In this document: one piece after another, positions 14,601-28,375 of the stretch | How the letters are laid out: each line of letters starts with the position of its first letter | Numbering within the stretch: position 1 is the stretch's first letter | NCBI RefSeq assembly: GCF_009914755.1 | Contig: NC_060930.1 | Origin: the human T2T-CHM13v2.0 reference genome, Homo sapiens | Direction: 5' to 3' (one strand) | Length of the DNA: 64,000 bases | Translations under genes and position numbers: made by a program | The notes under the pieces: generated by a model | Seen by the model: the letters and a program-made list of their open reading frames with translations, nothing else | Databases searched by the model: none | Told to the model about the DNA's origin: nothing

Positions 14601-17010
14601 GTGGCACTGGGGGTGCAGTAGTTGCTCAGTACAGCTTTGCTGAATGAATGAAAACGTGGAGGCTTGGCCTGTGCAGGAGAGAAACCTCCAGAGGAGGCCC
14701 TGTTCTGTTACTCTTACAGCTTTGCTGTTTGCCATCGCTACTTGCACATTATTGCTGTTGTTTCAGGAGCAAGATCCTGTGTGGTCCAGGAGGGAAAAGA
14801 GGTTAGGAAGTGAGATGCCCACACCCCTCTCCTGCCTTCCTCCCTTGCAGGTTGGGCAGAGAGCAAGTTGGGGCAGTTCTTCTTCCTGCCACCCCTTGCT
14901 CTCAGAGCTAGCCAGCAACCTGAAGCAGGGAGAGGTGGAAAGGAAGGCATGGGGGGCAGCAACAGCCTCAGGATCACTGGTTCCTGGGGCCCTTGCCTCC
15001 CGAGGCTCAGTCAACCGGATGGTCCTTTAGCTTGCCGGAATTTGGCCGGATTTACAGAGATAAGATCAATCTGACCCTTAATTCCTTAAATGTAATTTAT
15101 GGGCTTGCCTCCTGTGTGCTACAACACGTCTGGCTATCCAAAATCTGGTAATTAGTTATGTAAACACAGGATCCTGCCTTTGTGGATTATAATTGGACTT
15201 GAACAGCAAGAAGCAGGGACTTACATGGTTGAGGCTGCACTGAAACTCTTCTTTTGAAAACACTCACCTGAGCCTTTGAAATCTTCCCTGTGGCTCATGG
15301 ATGGCTTTAACCAGACCAAAAAAACTTTTTTCCTCCTCCTCCTGCAGGCCTGGGCAAATTTGTTCCCAAACACCACCAGGCTTTCTAGGTCCTCTCAGAT
15401 GATGGGCTGAAGATGCCCCGTCATCTGGGCTGGACTAAGAGGACAGGTGCCCTGGGAGGGAGCCTCCATGGAGCTCCTCATTGTCTGTTGGAACATGAAT
15501 TTTTATACCCCCTCTAAGAAGAAACAGGATTAGGAATTTTATGCTGTTTGGAAAAGAGGAGAGGTGGCTGGCACAAGAGAAAGATCTTTGCTTTTTATTC
15601 ATGCTGTGAGTTCCCCAGGAGCCTTTGCTGTACATACACACACAAGAGCCAGGAGGATTAGAGGAAAGAAAATGAGCTGATTGAACCAGATGGTTCAGGA
15701 AGCACTCCCAGGAGGCTGCTGGGATGGATGAATCTGCATCTTTAAATAACATTAATTTCTGAAAGGCCCAAATTGTTTCCTAAATTACTACACTGAACTC
15801 TTACCTTTCATCTATTTTTATGGCACCTCTCTGGTTGAAGGCAGGAGCTACTGCTTTCTGACAAACCATCTTTGGAGAAATTCCTCATCCTTGGTGCAGC
15901 TGGTAAGGAGTTGTTTTCCAGAAGGAAAAAGGAATCCTTAAGAATCAAAGTGCTTTGAAAAACAGATTTAGGCAGGAACAACCACCCCTGGGTGATCTAA
16001 ACAAGCTACCAAGTTCTAATGCCAGCTGAGACACTCATTTCCTCAGTGGCTGGGGGCAAACCACTTAACCTCAGTTTCCCCATCTGTAAAATGGGGTTAA
16101 TAATGCTTACCTGCTGCAGGAGTGCTGTGAGGTTTTAATTGGGTAATGGCTGTGGAGCCCTTTGATGTAGTAAGTTTTATTAACTTACAAGGGATTCCCT
16201 GAGGCCAGAAAAAGCAGTTAAACCCAAGAGAGAGAAGAAAGGCACTGAAATGAAAGCAAAGCTCAGCTAAGCGTTTCACCTCCAGCTCCAATTTCAGAAG
16301 TGCAGAGTCCAGCTGCTCCACTGTGAGTGGAAAGCAGTGGCCGGGGCTGGGGACTGTCCGAATAGCATCTGGGGAGGGAAAGCTTCAGGGTCATCTCAGA
16401 GGGAGCTTGGCTTTCAGATTGTGAAGGGTGAAGGTAAGCAAGTAGTCTTGCTTGATCAAGCCAGGATCATTCTCTGGACCCACTGAGGTTCTTTGTTAAG
16501 AACCTTCTCCAGTAAGAGAATTATTTTGCTATTAATCCAAGGTCCTTGTAATTGAATTTAGAAACCCCTAGCCTCTGGCCTCCCGTTTCCCAACAATTAA
16601 ATAGAGAACTGGCCTCTAGCCAGGGTTGCTGACCAGAGAAGAATTGGAAGGACGGCACCAACCAAAGGTCAGAAAACTGGGGCATTTTCCAAGCTCCACC
16701 ATTCACAGCTAGGCAGACCAACCTAGACTGCTTGGCCAGCTCTGTGCTTCAGTTTCCCACTCCATAAAATTGATTGCTGTTAAGGCCCAAATAATTAAGA
16801 TTTGGAATGTGAAATGCACTAAAATGATGAGGAACAAACCCATACTCGCCCTTCAGTAAGTTAAAAAAATCAATTATTTGAATAATTTTACTCCAAGCCA
16901 ACTCATTCAGCATAAGAGACTCCATGCTCCTCTTCCTCCTTTCTAACTTTTGTTGGGTGCCCACCACACAACCACAGTCATTCAGCATCAGCTACATGAA
17001 CACAGCCCAG

Positions 17011-17124
17011 GAGGGTGATCAACTTGTCCTGATTTGCCTAGACTATCCTCGTTTTAGCTCTGAAAATCTCATGTTTCAGGAGCCCCTCCTAATCTCAGGC
17101 AAACAGGGATGGTTGGTCACCCTA
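17011..17124. mobile_element. MER94-like hAT-Blackjack MITE
   Basis: TIRs agggtgatcaac ... gttggtcaccct around ~110 bp. Confidence 0.7.
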
Positions 17125-20100
17125 ACATGTCCTTGGGCTGGTTGGAAAGTGCTGGGTACAGTTCCTGTCAAGCAGCTATTGACCTACCATGGGCATATCT
17201 TAGGAAAAGGGGCACTGTGGTGTGGCAGAGGTGAGGGAGTCCTATGATCCAGACTGTCATTTCTGGCTCTGCCTCTCTCTACTGACTTCAGATCAGACCC
17301 GTGGCCTCAGTTTCCTCACCTGCAAAGGGAGGTGGTGTGACATGATGCCTTTTCACCTTTCCTCCAGGAGACATGGCTGCAAAGACATGCCCATCAACTT
17401 GCCCAGCTCCAGGGGGGATGCTGTGTGCTTTGCAATGAGTGGCAAAACACACAGTGTGGGGACACACTGGGGACCAAAGTCCACCCCTGCTTGTGGGATT
17501 CAGCTCCTTGGTGCCCACTGACTCCTTTAATGCCCTTTCTTTGTGAGAAGGAAGAACATGGCTGGGAACGTGTTAGCCCTCAACTAACCAGTTGAGTGTT
17601 GTGCATATCTCTTTAGATAACTTTCCTTCCTAAAATGAGCACATTATATTCCTGAGATCTGAAACTTTACTTTTCCAAGACTGTGTTCAAGTTTGGCAAA
17701 ATGAGCGCTGAGTCCAAAAATTAAAGCAATTTAAAAGACCCACTATTTCCCGTATCATAATTTAGGCTACATATTTTTAGTATGGTTTCCTACTCCTGTG
17801 TTTTATTTTACAATATAAAGAAAAATACCTGCTGTAAAGGAAGTAAAATTCTATAAATTATACATATGTTTTGTCTTCATTGTCCAGATTCTCCAGCCAG
17901 CCCATTGCTTGGATATACCCTTTGTTTGATCCATGTAGACAGAGGAGATAATCAGGGTTGGGATTGTTTTGATGGAGGTGGCTTTCTTTTTGGGGATTGA
18001 TTCTTTTAAAAATGCCCTTGATAGGCGCTTATCTTAATGAAAACAGTCTTCTCGTGACAGACCGGAACCTGGCTTTCATAGCATTAAAAAAAGTAATTTA
18101 CATTAAGAAATGGGAAACAATGATTGAATCAAAGCCACCCTGAGCAGCTTCCCCCTGCTCTGCTCCATCTGAAAACAGCCCTGTTTCCATTTCACCGCTG
18201 AGCTCAGCCTGCCTGCTCCAGACGTCCAGACCTCGCACTCTATAAATTGTCTCTGCCCTTGCCCCGGAGTTGCTGACTATATGTATTTTTGGGCCCGGCA
18301 TTAATTCCCTCATCCTTGGCTGGTGACATTAAGATTTGTAACTGATAGAATGTGTTTTTAATGTATTTCCTGCAGGTTACCATTAAAGAAATCTAATTCT
18401 TCTGAACTTGCAAAAGGTTCTGCTGCCATTAAAAAAAAAAAAAAAAAAAAAAGGTATTACGGGAAGAATTTCCCCAAAGCCTCCAGATGGACTGGGCAGC
18501 CAGAGGGGTCTGGGGCTCTGGAATTCTCTGCTTAGCTCTGCCACTCACTCTTCCTCCTCCTGCCCAGTCTGTTCTCTCTCTGCACCTTAGTATTCCTGGG
18601 TATGAAATGAGGATAAATATTTGTCTATGAGATGAAGGTGTTGTAAGGATTAATTGGTTGGTGCTTCGGGAAGCCTTTGAAGATGAAAGACGCTCTCTGC
18701 AGATGCTAAGTAAACTCATAACGTGTCTGATTTTAATGAGCCAGGTGAAGCCAGTGGGGATGGCTGGAGATTAACTGTGCCTAGTCCAGAGCCTGCCTGC
18801 ATGGGCTGGACTGAAAACGGGGTGGAGCTCCCCGCTAGTCCCCTGCGTTTGATCCCATCACTGTTTCCCCTGACTCCTGGCACAGAGCCTGGCACATTGG
18901 TTCTCTAGAAATATATGCAGAAGGTAGTGAGTTAGAATTTAACCTAGCCTCTCATGTCGCAGAGAGCAGGGCTTCAGACTTCCTAAATTATGCTTATTGC
19001 CTCTCATTCTAGCACATGGCTTGGTTGCAAGTTACTTAACCTCTAAATCTCAGTACCTCATTTGCCAGTGGGGATAGTCAGAGTCCCCATCTCGAAGGTC
19101 TGTGGTGAGGATTTGTCATAAACAGGCTAACAGCAATTGAGCACTTGCTTTACATCAAACACAGGTTCTAAGCATTTTACGCTCATGAACTCAATAAACG
19201 CTCATGCAGCAATCCCACCAGGGAGGGACTGTTATCCCCATTCTACAAATGGCAAAACTGAGGCAGAGAGAGATTACTTGGTAGCTTACCCAAGGCCTGA
19301 GTTCTTCAGTGTTAGCTAGACCACTGCTCACGAAGTGGAATACTGCCTGTTATGCTTAACAGAGTGCTGGACACATCATAAGTGCACAACAAACAAGTTG
19401 CTTGAGGGGTTCTCAGACTGCCTGATTTGCCCAGCCAGGAATACAGGAGCTAGGAGAGAAGGGACCAGAGTAGACAGAGACAGGGGCCCCAAGCTGGGGG
19501 AAGTCACCAGGTCTGTGTGCAACAAGCCAATGTGCAGGTTTTAAAAGGTGTAAGTCTGGGCCTGCTCAGGGTGACCACATTTGGGACCCATGATACTTCG
19601 TCAAAAAATTTTCCTACCAAATCATGGTACCTCAAAGACAATCTGAGCTATGAGTTTTGAATGCTGACCTATGGGAACTCCTGGGATTGTGCCATGGCTT
19701 ATGGTGGAGGATCGTGCTGTATGCAGTGTTGCTATTCCAGGTAATTAACAAACCAAGGATCAGAATGAATCAACATACATTAAGACTCTGGCCCAAGCAG
19801 TCCTCTGCATCCACCTGAAGAGCCAGAAGGGAGACTGAGACCCACAGAAGAATGATTTCATACTCCAGCGCTGTGACATCACAACCCAGGCTCTGGCATA
19901 GGAAGGGAACCAGCTGAAACGTGGGTTGGGGGAAGCCTCTGGTCAGAACAGAAATATCTTCAGTAACTGCTGCTGGTGATAGAAGGGGAAATGGAATTTT
20001 GTTTAAATATTATGTTGTTTTGAAAAGTCTGACTAATGTGAAAGTCCCTATTTAAAAAGGAGTTGACTCTACATTGAAATTGGTTGGTGTTTCCACACCC

Positions 20101-21834
20101 ACATGTTGACTAAGGCCTTGAAAAACAAACTTCCTGGTAGATCCTGATGCAAATCACCTGGGAGCAAATGCTTCAAGGTACAATCTGTGAGCTGTGAGCA
20201 GATGTGCCTAGCCAAGAAAAATCCTGGGTCTGTGTTTATGAAAAGGCAAACAGATCCCAAAAGGAGGCCCAAGCCCTAGCTGGCTTTGGGCACTGGCCCT
20301 CCAGGAAAGAACACACAGATTGGAAGGAGGCCCTAGCACACATCTCTGGGACCCCAGTGAGCCCCTATTTCAGACCCCCTCTCAGAAACACAGAGAATGG
20401 GGGAAGAGGGAGGGCCACATGGAGCCCTCTCTTACTGAGCGTAAATGTGTGTCATTCACTGAATCTTTAGCACAGCCCCATGAAGCATGTGCATATTACT
20501 ATCACAATGTCCATTTTCCTGATGTAGAAATAGGCTTAGGGAGTTTTAAGCAGTGTGACCTATGTCCCAGTTTGCCCCAGAGAGTTTTGATTTACGCTGT
20601 TGTTTCAGCATAACTGGTAATAGCCTTTCCCTTCATTCTCATAAGGGCCCCATTTGGACATTCTAGGTTAAGTGACTTGCCCAAATTCACCCCACTAGTG
20701 AATGGCAGAATTGGGATTCAAATCCTGGTTTTCCTCTGCTCAGAAAGCAGACCCCAGGGCAATTTCTCCTCATTCACAATAACAAAGGTGGTTCAGGGGC
20801 ATGATTTCCAAAGTCTCAGCAGCCCTTTGGGAGCTGAGTGCCTGCTCTCCTCTCTTTCACTGAGGGCCTCTCCAAGCCTGTCTGATTGTCTCTCTGTGCA
20901 GGAAGGAGCCTGATGGGTGGCGTCAGTGCTCAGCAGACAAACCAAACATGTTCACCAGCACCCCACCTTGCTATGTTTGTTTTGTCTGCTGAGCACGTTT
21001 CTACCAGCTCCTCTACAATAAAAATGCAAGATGGGGCTTCCCCATTTGGTCCACCAGCCCAGCTCCCGAGCCCTAGCCTCGGCCAGCACCACTTCAACCG
21101 ACTGAGTAGACCCCTTTCCTTGGAAGACTGCCCTGGGGCCGGTCCTGAGCTGTCCGGACTTCCATGGCCTCTGTTTCTCCAACACTTGCCTTGAGACACA
21201 GTGAGGATTTGTCTGTTGTCCCAAGTTCCTCTGCAACTATCTATGTTTTAGGACCACAGAACTGGTCCAATCCAAGCTCATTTTTCTGGCGAAGAAACTC
21301 AGGTCCAGAGACATCAAATGACTTGCCCAAGAGCACACATCTGAAAGTTGAAGGCAAAAAACCAGGTCTCCTGACTCTGAGGCTAGTTTCAAGCTGTGTT
21401 AGTTCTCACTTTGGCCTGAGACCGCTTGGTAGGGGGAGACCTCCAGTATACACGTGGAGAAGGCCTTTACGTGATGATGCTTGGATGCCAGAGGCCAAGA
21501 TTTGTCTGCATGAAACGTCCCTCAGCCCAATTGCTAATATCTCAGGATCAGCAGCAGGGCCTTCATTCAACCACCCACTGAATCCATGTACCTGCCTTTG
21601 TGCCAGGTGGTTATGCACAAACACCTCCAAGCAAAAGAAATCACTACTCCTGAGGTGGCCCTCTGTCTTCAGACAACTGGCTGCTAGAGATCCCTTCTGA
21701 TCATTGAGTGGGAGATGCTTTCCTTTCACCCAATCCAGGGCAAGTTTGGGGCCCCTTCTTCACACCCTTAAAGTTGAAGATTCATAACTACCACTCTTTT
21801 GATTGTTCCTCATGTGATGTTGTTTTGGAATATG

Positions 21835-22070
21835 CATTTGGAGTGCAGACTAGGTGGTCAGACCTGAGATTGAAGCCTACCTCTGCCTTTTATCTGCTGT
21901 GTGGCTTTAGGCAGTGGCTTAACCTCTCTGAACTTCAGTTTACTCATCAGAAATATGAGGAGATCATGCTTAGTGTTTACTTCATTGGGTTTTGTGAGGA
22001 TCACAAAATGCTGAGATTATCTACATTACTGGCTAGCTCCAGGATCTGGCACAGTAAGCTCTTATAAAGG
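21835..22070 (+). mobile_element. MIR SINE
   Basis: ggcagtggcttaacctctctgaacttcagtttactcatc...gggttttgtgaggatc. Confidence 0.7.
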
Positions 22071-22090
22071 GGAACAATTAATATTCTTAC

Positions 22091-22383
22091 TTTTTTTTTT
22101 ATATAGACAGCCTCTGTCACCCAGGCTGGAGTGCAGTGGTGCGATCATGGCTCACTGCAGCCTCGCCTTCCCAGGTTCAACAAAGCAGAGGCTCCCACCT
22201 CAGCTTCCTGAGTAGCTGGGACCACAGGCATATGCCACCATGCCTGGCTAATATTGTTTATTTTTTGTAGAGATGGGTCTCCCTGTATTGCCCAGGCTGA
22301 TCTCAAACTCCTGGGCTCAAGTGATCCTCCCTTCTTGGCCTCTAAAGTGCTGGGATTACAGGTGTGAGCCATCACGCCAGGCC
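22091..22383 (-). mobile_element. AluJ
   Basis: Diverged dimer; TSD aatattcttactttt / aatattctcactttt. Confidence 0.9.
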
Positions 22384-23672
22384 AATATTCTCACTTTTCC
22401 TCAACTTCATACTGTATTTCTCTAAATGCAGCACCAAAGTTTTTGTTTCTCTGGAAGCCATATCACATGACCAACTTTTATCATGAACTAAAACTTGTGT
22501 CCCTTTTTCATACACACAAGTGCTAACACATTTCACCCCTAACATGTCCTCTCACAGTTTTGTTTTGCTTCATTCTCTCCCTCGAGCTTGCAGTCCTTGG
22601 ACTCTTTTCATCCTTTTAGAGGCTGCCTATCTTTCTGGCCCATCAAGACTCTCTTCTGGATCGGAGATCTGGAGACCAGGGGAAGACGATAACCATGTGA
22701 AAACCACGAAGGCTCAGCCGTGTGAGGCTCTTGCCTGCATCTTTCTGCTTTCCCCCCTTGTGGGTCCTTAAAAGCCTGCCCAGCTGCCCAATGAGGTGAC
22801 CCCTTAGAGCCTGCCTGGCTGTGTTGACGTTCCACAAGCAATTGTCTGCAGAGGAGCTCTTGTGCTCCTTTTGAAGTTCAGTGGAGTGAAGTGTAATCTA
22901 AGTGAGCTGGAACACATTTCGATAAAACAGCTTGCATGGCCAGGGCCTCCTTTAGGCAAAGCCATTAACATGGGAAGCGGAGCCGGGCTCAGCTGAGCTT
23001 TCCAGTCTGGATTCCCCAGGCCTTCCACTGGCTTTTGATCACAGGACATTAGGATTTTGGTGCTCGGAGGGATAGCTCAGTATAACCCCCTTATACACAG
23101 ATGAGGAAACTGAGGCCCAGGGAGGGGAAGTAACTTTCCTGAGGTCACATAGCTGGTGAGGTGCAGAACCAGTGTTGGGACACTTGTCCACACTGGCTAG
23201 ACCCTCCCTGTGCTATACAGAATGGCAGATGGGCAGGGAGGAAAAAGATAGAAAGGACAATGCAAACATGGAAGGGTCAGGTTCCCTCCCTGGAGGATGC
23301 CTGGTGGGCCTTGGTGTCCACACACAGGCCAGACTGGCTGAGGAGGGGAGGATAAGAGCATAAGTCTGATGAGTCCTCACAACTTTTTCAAAGCACATTT
23401 GCATTGTTGGTCTCAATTGAGTCCCATAACACCAGGAGGAACTCAACAAGCCGGGCTGGTGTCTTGCTGATGGGGAGTCTACCAGAAAGGTGAATTGACC
23501 TGCTCAAGGTCCCAAAGAGCAGGTGGGATGCTTCCATGGGAGTGTTTTGCCCTGGAAAATGGCTTTAAAATCACTTGGGTAATATATGGGAAGTAACAGA
23601 ATCAACTTTGTAAGGTTGTTGTGAGGATTAAATAAGTGCTTAGAATTGTGGCTCAGTAGGGCTGGCTTCTGT

Positions 23673-24905
23673 CATCACCATCATCACCACCATCACTATC
23701 ACCACTATCATTACCAACACCACCACCACAACCACCCCATCATCACCACCACCACCACCATCACCATCACAACCACCATCACTACTACCACTATCATTAC
23801 CAGCATCATCACCATCACCACCACCACCATCCAACCATCATCAACATCACCAACACCGTCACCACCATCACAACCACCACCACCACCATCACAACCACCA
23901 TCACCCCCACTACCACCACCATTATCATCACCATCACCACCACCACCATCACCAACACATCACAACCACCACCACCACCATCACCATCACAACCACCACC
24001 ACCACCATCACAACCACCACCACCACCATCATAACCAAAATCACCATCACAACCCCCATCACCACCATCACAACCACACCACCATCACAACCACCACCAC
24101 CATCACAACCACCATCACCACCATCACAACCCCCACCACCACCATCACAACCACCACCACCACCATAACCAACATCACCACCATCACAACCACCATCACC
24201 ACCATCACAACCACCATCACCACCATCACAACCACCATCACCCCCACTACCACCACCATTATCATCACCATCACCACCACCACCATCACCAACACATCAC
24301 AACCACCACCACCACCACCATCACCATCACAACTACCACCACAACCATCACAACCATCACTACCACCATCATAACCAACATCACCACCATCACAACCCCC
24401 ATCACCACCATCACAACCACCACCATCACAACCACCATCACCACCATCACAACCACCATCACCCCCACTACCACCACCATTATCATCACCATCACCACCA
24501 CCACCATCACCAACACATCACAACCACCACCACCACCACCATCACCATCACAACTACCACCACAACCATCACAACCATCACTACCACCATCATAACCAAC
24601 ATCACCACCATCACAACCCCCATCACCACCATCACAACCACCACCATCACAACCACCATCACCACCATCACAACCACCATCACCCCCACTACCACCACCA
24701 TTATCATCACCACCACCACCATCATCAACACATCACGACCACCACCACCACCATCACGACCACCACCACCACCATCACAGCCACCATCACCACCATCACA
24801 ACCATCACCACTACCACCACCATTACCATCACCATCACCACCACCACCATCACCAACACATCACAACCACCACCACTATCACCACCATTACCATCACCAT
24901 CACCA
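23673..24905. repeat. Compound (CAC/CAT/CAA)n [(TGG)n-like] tandem repeat with a 221-bp higher-order unit
   Basis: About 1.23 kb almost free of G on the + strand; motif cccccactaccaccaccattatc recurs at 24241, 24462 and 24683. Confidence 0.97.
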
Positions 24906-25829
24906 GGACAGCTGTTGTTCTTACCCACCCTCAGGACTGATCCAGCCAGCAAGGCCTACCCTCCCTCCCTTCCCCTGGGAGAAAGGAAAGCTGCTCTAGC
25001 TAAAGGTGGCCTCATTGCTGAACTTCTTGCCCAGACTTCTAATCCACTGATCAGAGGACCTTAAGAGTACCCTATGGAAACTCTGGATCCATGGTGGCCC
25101 CCATAGTAGGGGAGGTGAGGCTGACATTCTGAGGTGCCCAGACTGTGTTCTGGCTCTCTAGATACCCCTCTGAGCTTCCAGAGCCCCTGAGAAAGGGAAG
25201 CCATCCTGTCTTACATGTTCCCCCATCCTTGTTCTCCAGGGAGGCTTCTCAAGAGTAGAGGGCTGCAGAAGGGCTTTCCCTACTCCTGAATGCCAGCAGG
25301 TCCCCCAGAACAAGACATGCAGCCAATCCCTCACCACTTGGGGAGTGAGTGGGGGCAGGAAGGCAGGGGGGACCTGATCTTTCTCTTCAGCCTGGGAATC
25401 TCTGTGTGCTGCTCTCTGGCAGCAGATGGTTCTTCCTAACTATGTCTGACTCAGGCTGATGTTAGAATGAGTTGGCCTTCCTAGGAATTGACGGGGTGAA
25501 GAGAGCCAGGGCCTGCTGGGGGCCCCAGGGGACCCTTTCCATAGACAGAAGCAGAACCTTCACAGTTCATCTTTTTGTGTGTTCTGTATTTGAATTCTTC
25601 TTAGCCTCATTCTAGTATCTTAGCTTTTTGAGGACAAAATTCAAGGACATTTTCTCTCTGCAAAACTCTTCACAGCAATGGTCAGCTGACTTTTCATTAT
25701 GTATGCATAAATGGATGGATCAGTTCTGAGCTGGTCCCTCGCTTTGCTGCATCCTAGCATCTCTCCCTCCACCCCTCCATCCTTGAGTGAGCAACACGTT
25801 TCAGACCTCATGCTGATCAGCAAAGGTAC

Positions 25830-26130
25830 AGAGAAGACAGAATCCCTCCCTCAAGGAACTCTCTCGCAGTAAACATCACACCTCAGACCACGTGGTGGGT
25901 GCCACCAGAGGATGGTACAGGTGTGTGGAGGAAGCAAGAGGAGAGGGACCTGGTCTGACTGAGAAGGTTATAGTCAGGGAAGGCTTCCTGGAGCAGGGGA
26001 TGTCTGAGCAGAATCCTGCTGCAGGGCTCTGAGCCAGCAGGCATAGGGGGTAGGGATTTGGAAGGATGTTCAAGGCATCCCAGGCCACAGGGTCACCTAA
26101 GCCAAGATGCAGAGGCACCAAAGAACAGAC
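25830..26130 (-). mobile_element. L2 fragment
   Basis: gtcagggaaggcttcctggagcagggg...tctgagcagaatcctg resembles antisense L2. Confidence 0.6.
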
Positions 26131-26319
26131 AAGCCGGGGCCCCTAGGAGATGAGCAAGCGGAACATGGGGTGTGAGAGGGGAGAGACAGTGGTGGGTGGA
26201 GATGGGAGCAAGGCTTCATGTGACAGCTCATCCTGATGGCAGCAGCATCCTTAGTGGAGGCTCATGTTTGTTCAGTCTCTCAATCAAAGCAGCAACATGG
26301 TAGGGGCGGGTGGAGGGTG

Positions 26320-26525
26320 GTGGTCTTTCAAGCCTAGGGCTGAATCCTGGCTCTGTCCCTTGGGGGCTGTATGATGTGGACAAGGCACTTAACCTCTGTG
26401 AGCGTTGGCCTCCTCTTCTGGAAACACGGGGATAATGGTCCCTCCCTTGGAGAGTTACTTGGAGAATTCACGAAAGCCCCCAGCAGAGTGTCTAAAACTT
26501 AAGAGGGGCTCCATAGAAGCTAGTT
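26320..26525 (+). mobile_element. MIR SINE
   Basis: gggctgaatcctggctctgtc...gacaaggcacttaacctctgtgagc. Confidence 0.65.
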
Positions 26526-26974
26526 AGTCATTCCTTCCTTTATTCATTCTGGTTCTCCCTGCTGCTTGTGTCAACTCTACAGTCAGGTAAGGAAGCGAAA
26601 AACTCATTATGTTAATTAGGACATAGGTTTGGCTGCTGTGACAAAGGCCAAAGTAGCATTGGCTCCAACGAGACAGCAGGTCATTACTCTCTCACACAGC
26701 AGCTTGAGCATGAGCAACAGGCTGGATATGGTAGCTCCACATAGTTGGGCACCACCGCTCCTTCTCTGTAGCTGCTCTGCCACCTTAACACCCAGCTTCT
26801 ATCTCAGGGCCTAAGATGGCTGCCCCAGCTCCTGCCACTGCCTTCACATTGTAGCCAGTGGGAAGAAGAGACAGGAAGTAGAGGGCTTAATCTTCCCATT
26901 AAAGGCCTGACCTGGCATTTGTACACATCCACCTGAGTGTTCCAGGTCACATGCCATTGGCCAGAACTTGGTGA

Positions 26975-27501
<527 letters not shown>

Positions 27502-28149
27502 CTGTAGCTGGGTAGCCAGGACTTCTATTACAAAATGAAGGAGAGAAATGGTACAGGGGATAACCAGCAGTTTCTGCCATAGTTACATACACTAATGGTT
27601 ACATGATTGAAGAGGATTAAAATGATATATTTTCCCAGGGGTATCTCTCTCCAGCAGGGATCAAAACTTTAAGTCAATGGAGCTTCACGGACTATCAAGA
27701 ATTAGCCTGCAAGACAGCGAGGACTGTGGTTGGCCAGTCCTGAAATCCCACCCCGTGGGTGGCCCACCAGAGCCACCAGGGAGGCCAGAACCCACAAAGC
27801 CTCCCAGGGAGACAGTGCTCCACAGGCAGGGTTCAAAGCCTGGCCCTGCAGCAGTTCACCTTCCAAAATGTTCTCCTTGCAATAACTTGGGACTTTTTGA
27901 AACACATTTCTGATTGGTTCTGTTTTCCAAGGAGGTGAAATCTGGGCTGGCCACAAAGGAGGGTGAGAGATAAGGGGGCCTTAATTTTCAGGAAAAATAC
28001 AACAGTAAAATTTTGGGGGTATTCATTTGGCAACAGTAAATTACTTGTGTTAAATCTCTGCATGAGAAACGCCAACACAGAGGAGTGAGGATTTTAACAT
28101 ATTTTGTAAAACGATCCCTATTCAGCTTGGCTTTCTCAATATCTGTGGT

Positions 28150-28375
28150 TATTGGGCATCTACAACATTCCAGAAACTGTCCTTAGCACTTTATAGATGT
28201 TACCTCCTTTAACCTCTCTATCAACCCCACAAAAAAGCTGTAACTGTTATTCCCCTTATACAAAGAATCAGAGAGATGAAGCAATTTGCCCGAGGCCACA
28301 CAGCTAGTAAGATGCAGTGAGACAAGTTTTTGCCTCAGGAATGTCTAGCCCTAAAGCTCATTTTCTTCCCACAAC
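28150..28375 (-). mobile_element. MIR SINE
   Basis: gagagatgaagcaatttgcccgaggccacacagctagtaag. Confidence 0.65.

Noticed and set aside
18350-18458. Possible exon (ttcctgcag acceptor ... aag/gtatta donor); similar acceptors near 1199 and 15347
   Set aside because: Isolated splice-like motifs with a weak donor and no partner exons; cannot be supported without RNA data
23646-24952. His/Thr/Pro-rich and Val/Met-rich ORFs that look mucin-like
   Set aside because: Translations of the triplet repeat; the frame shifts at AACAC interruptions and there is no exon context
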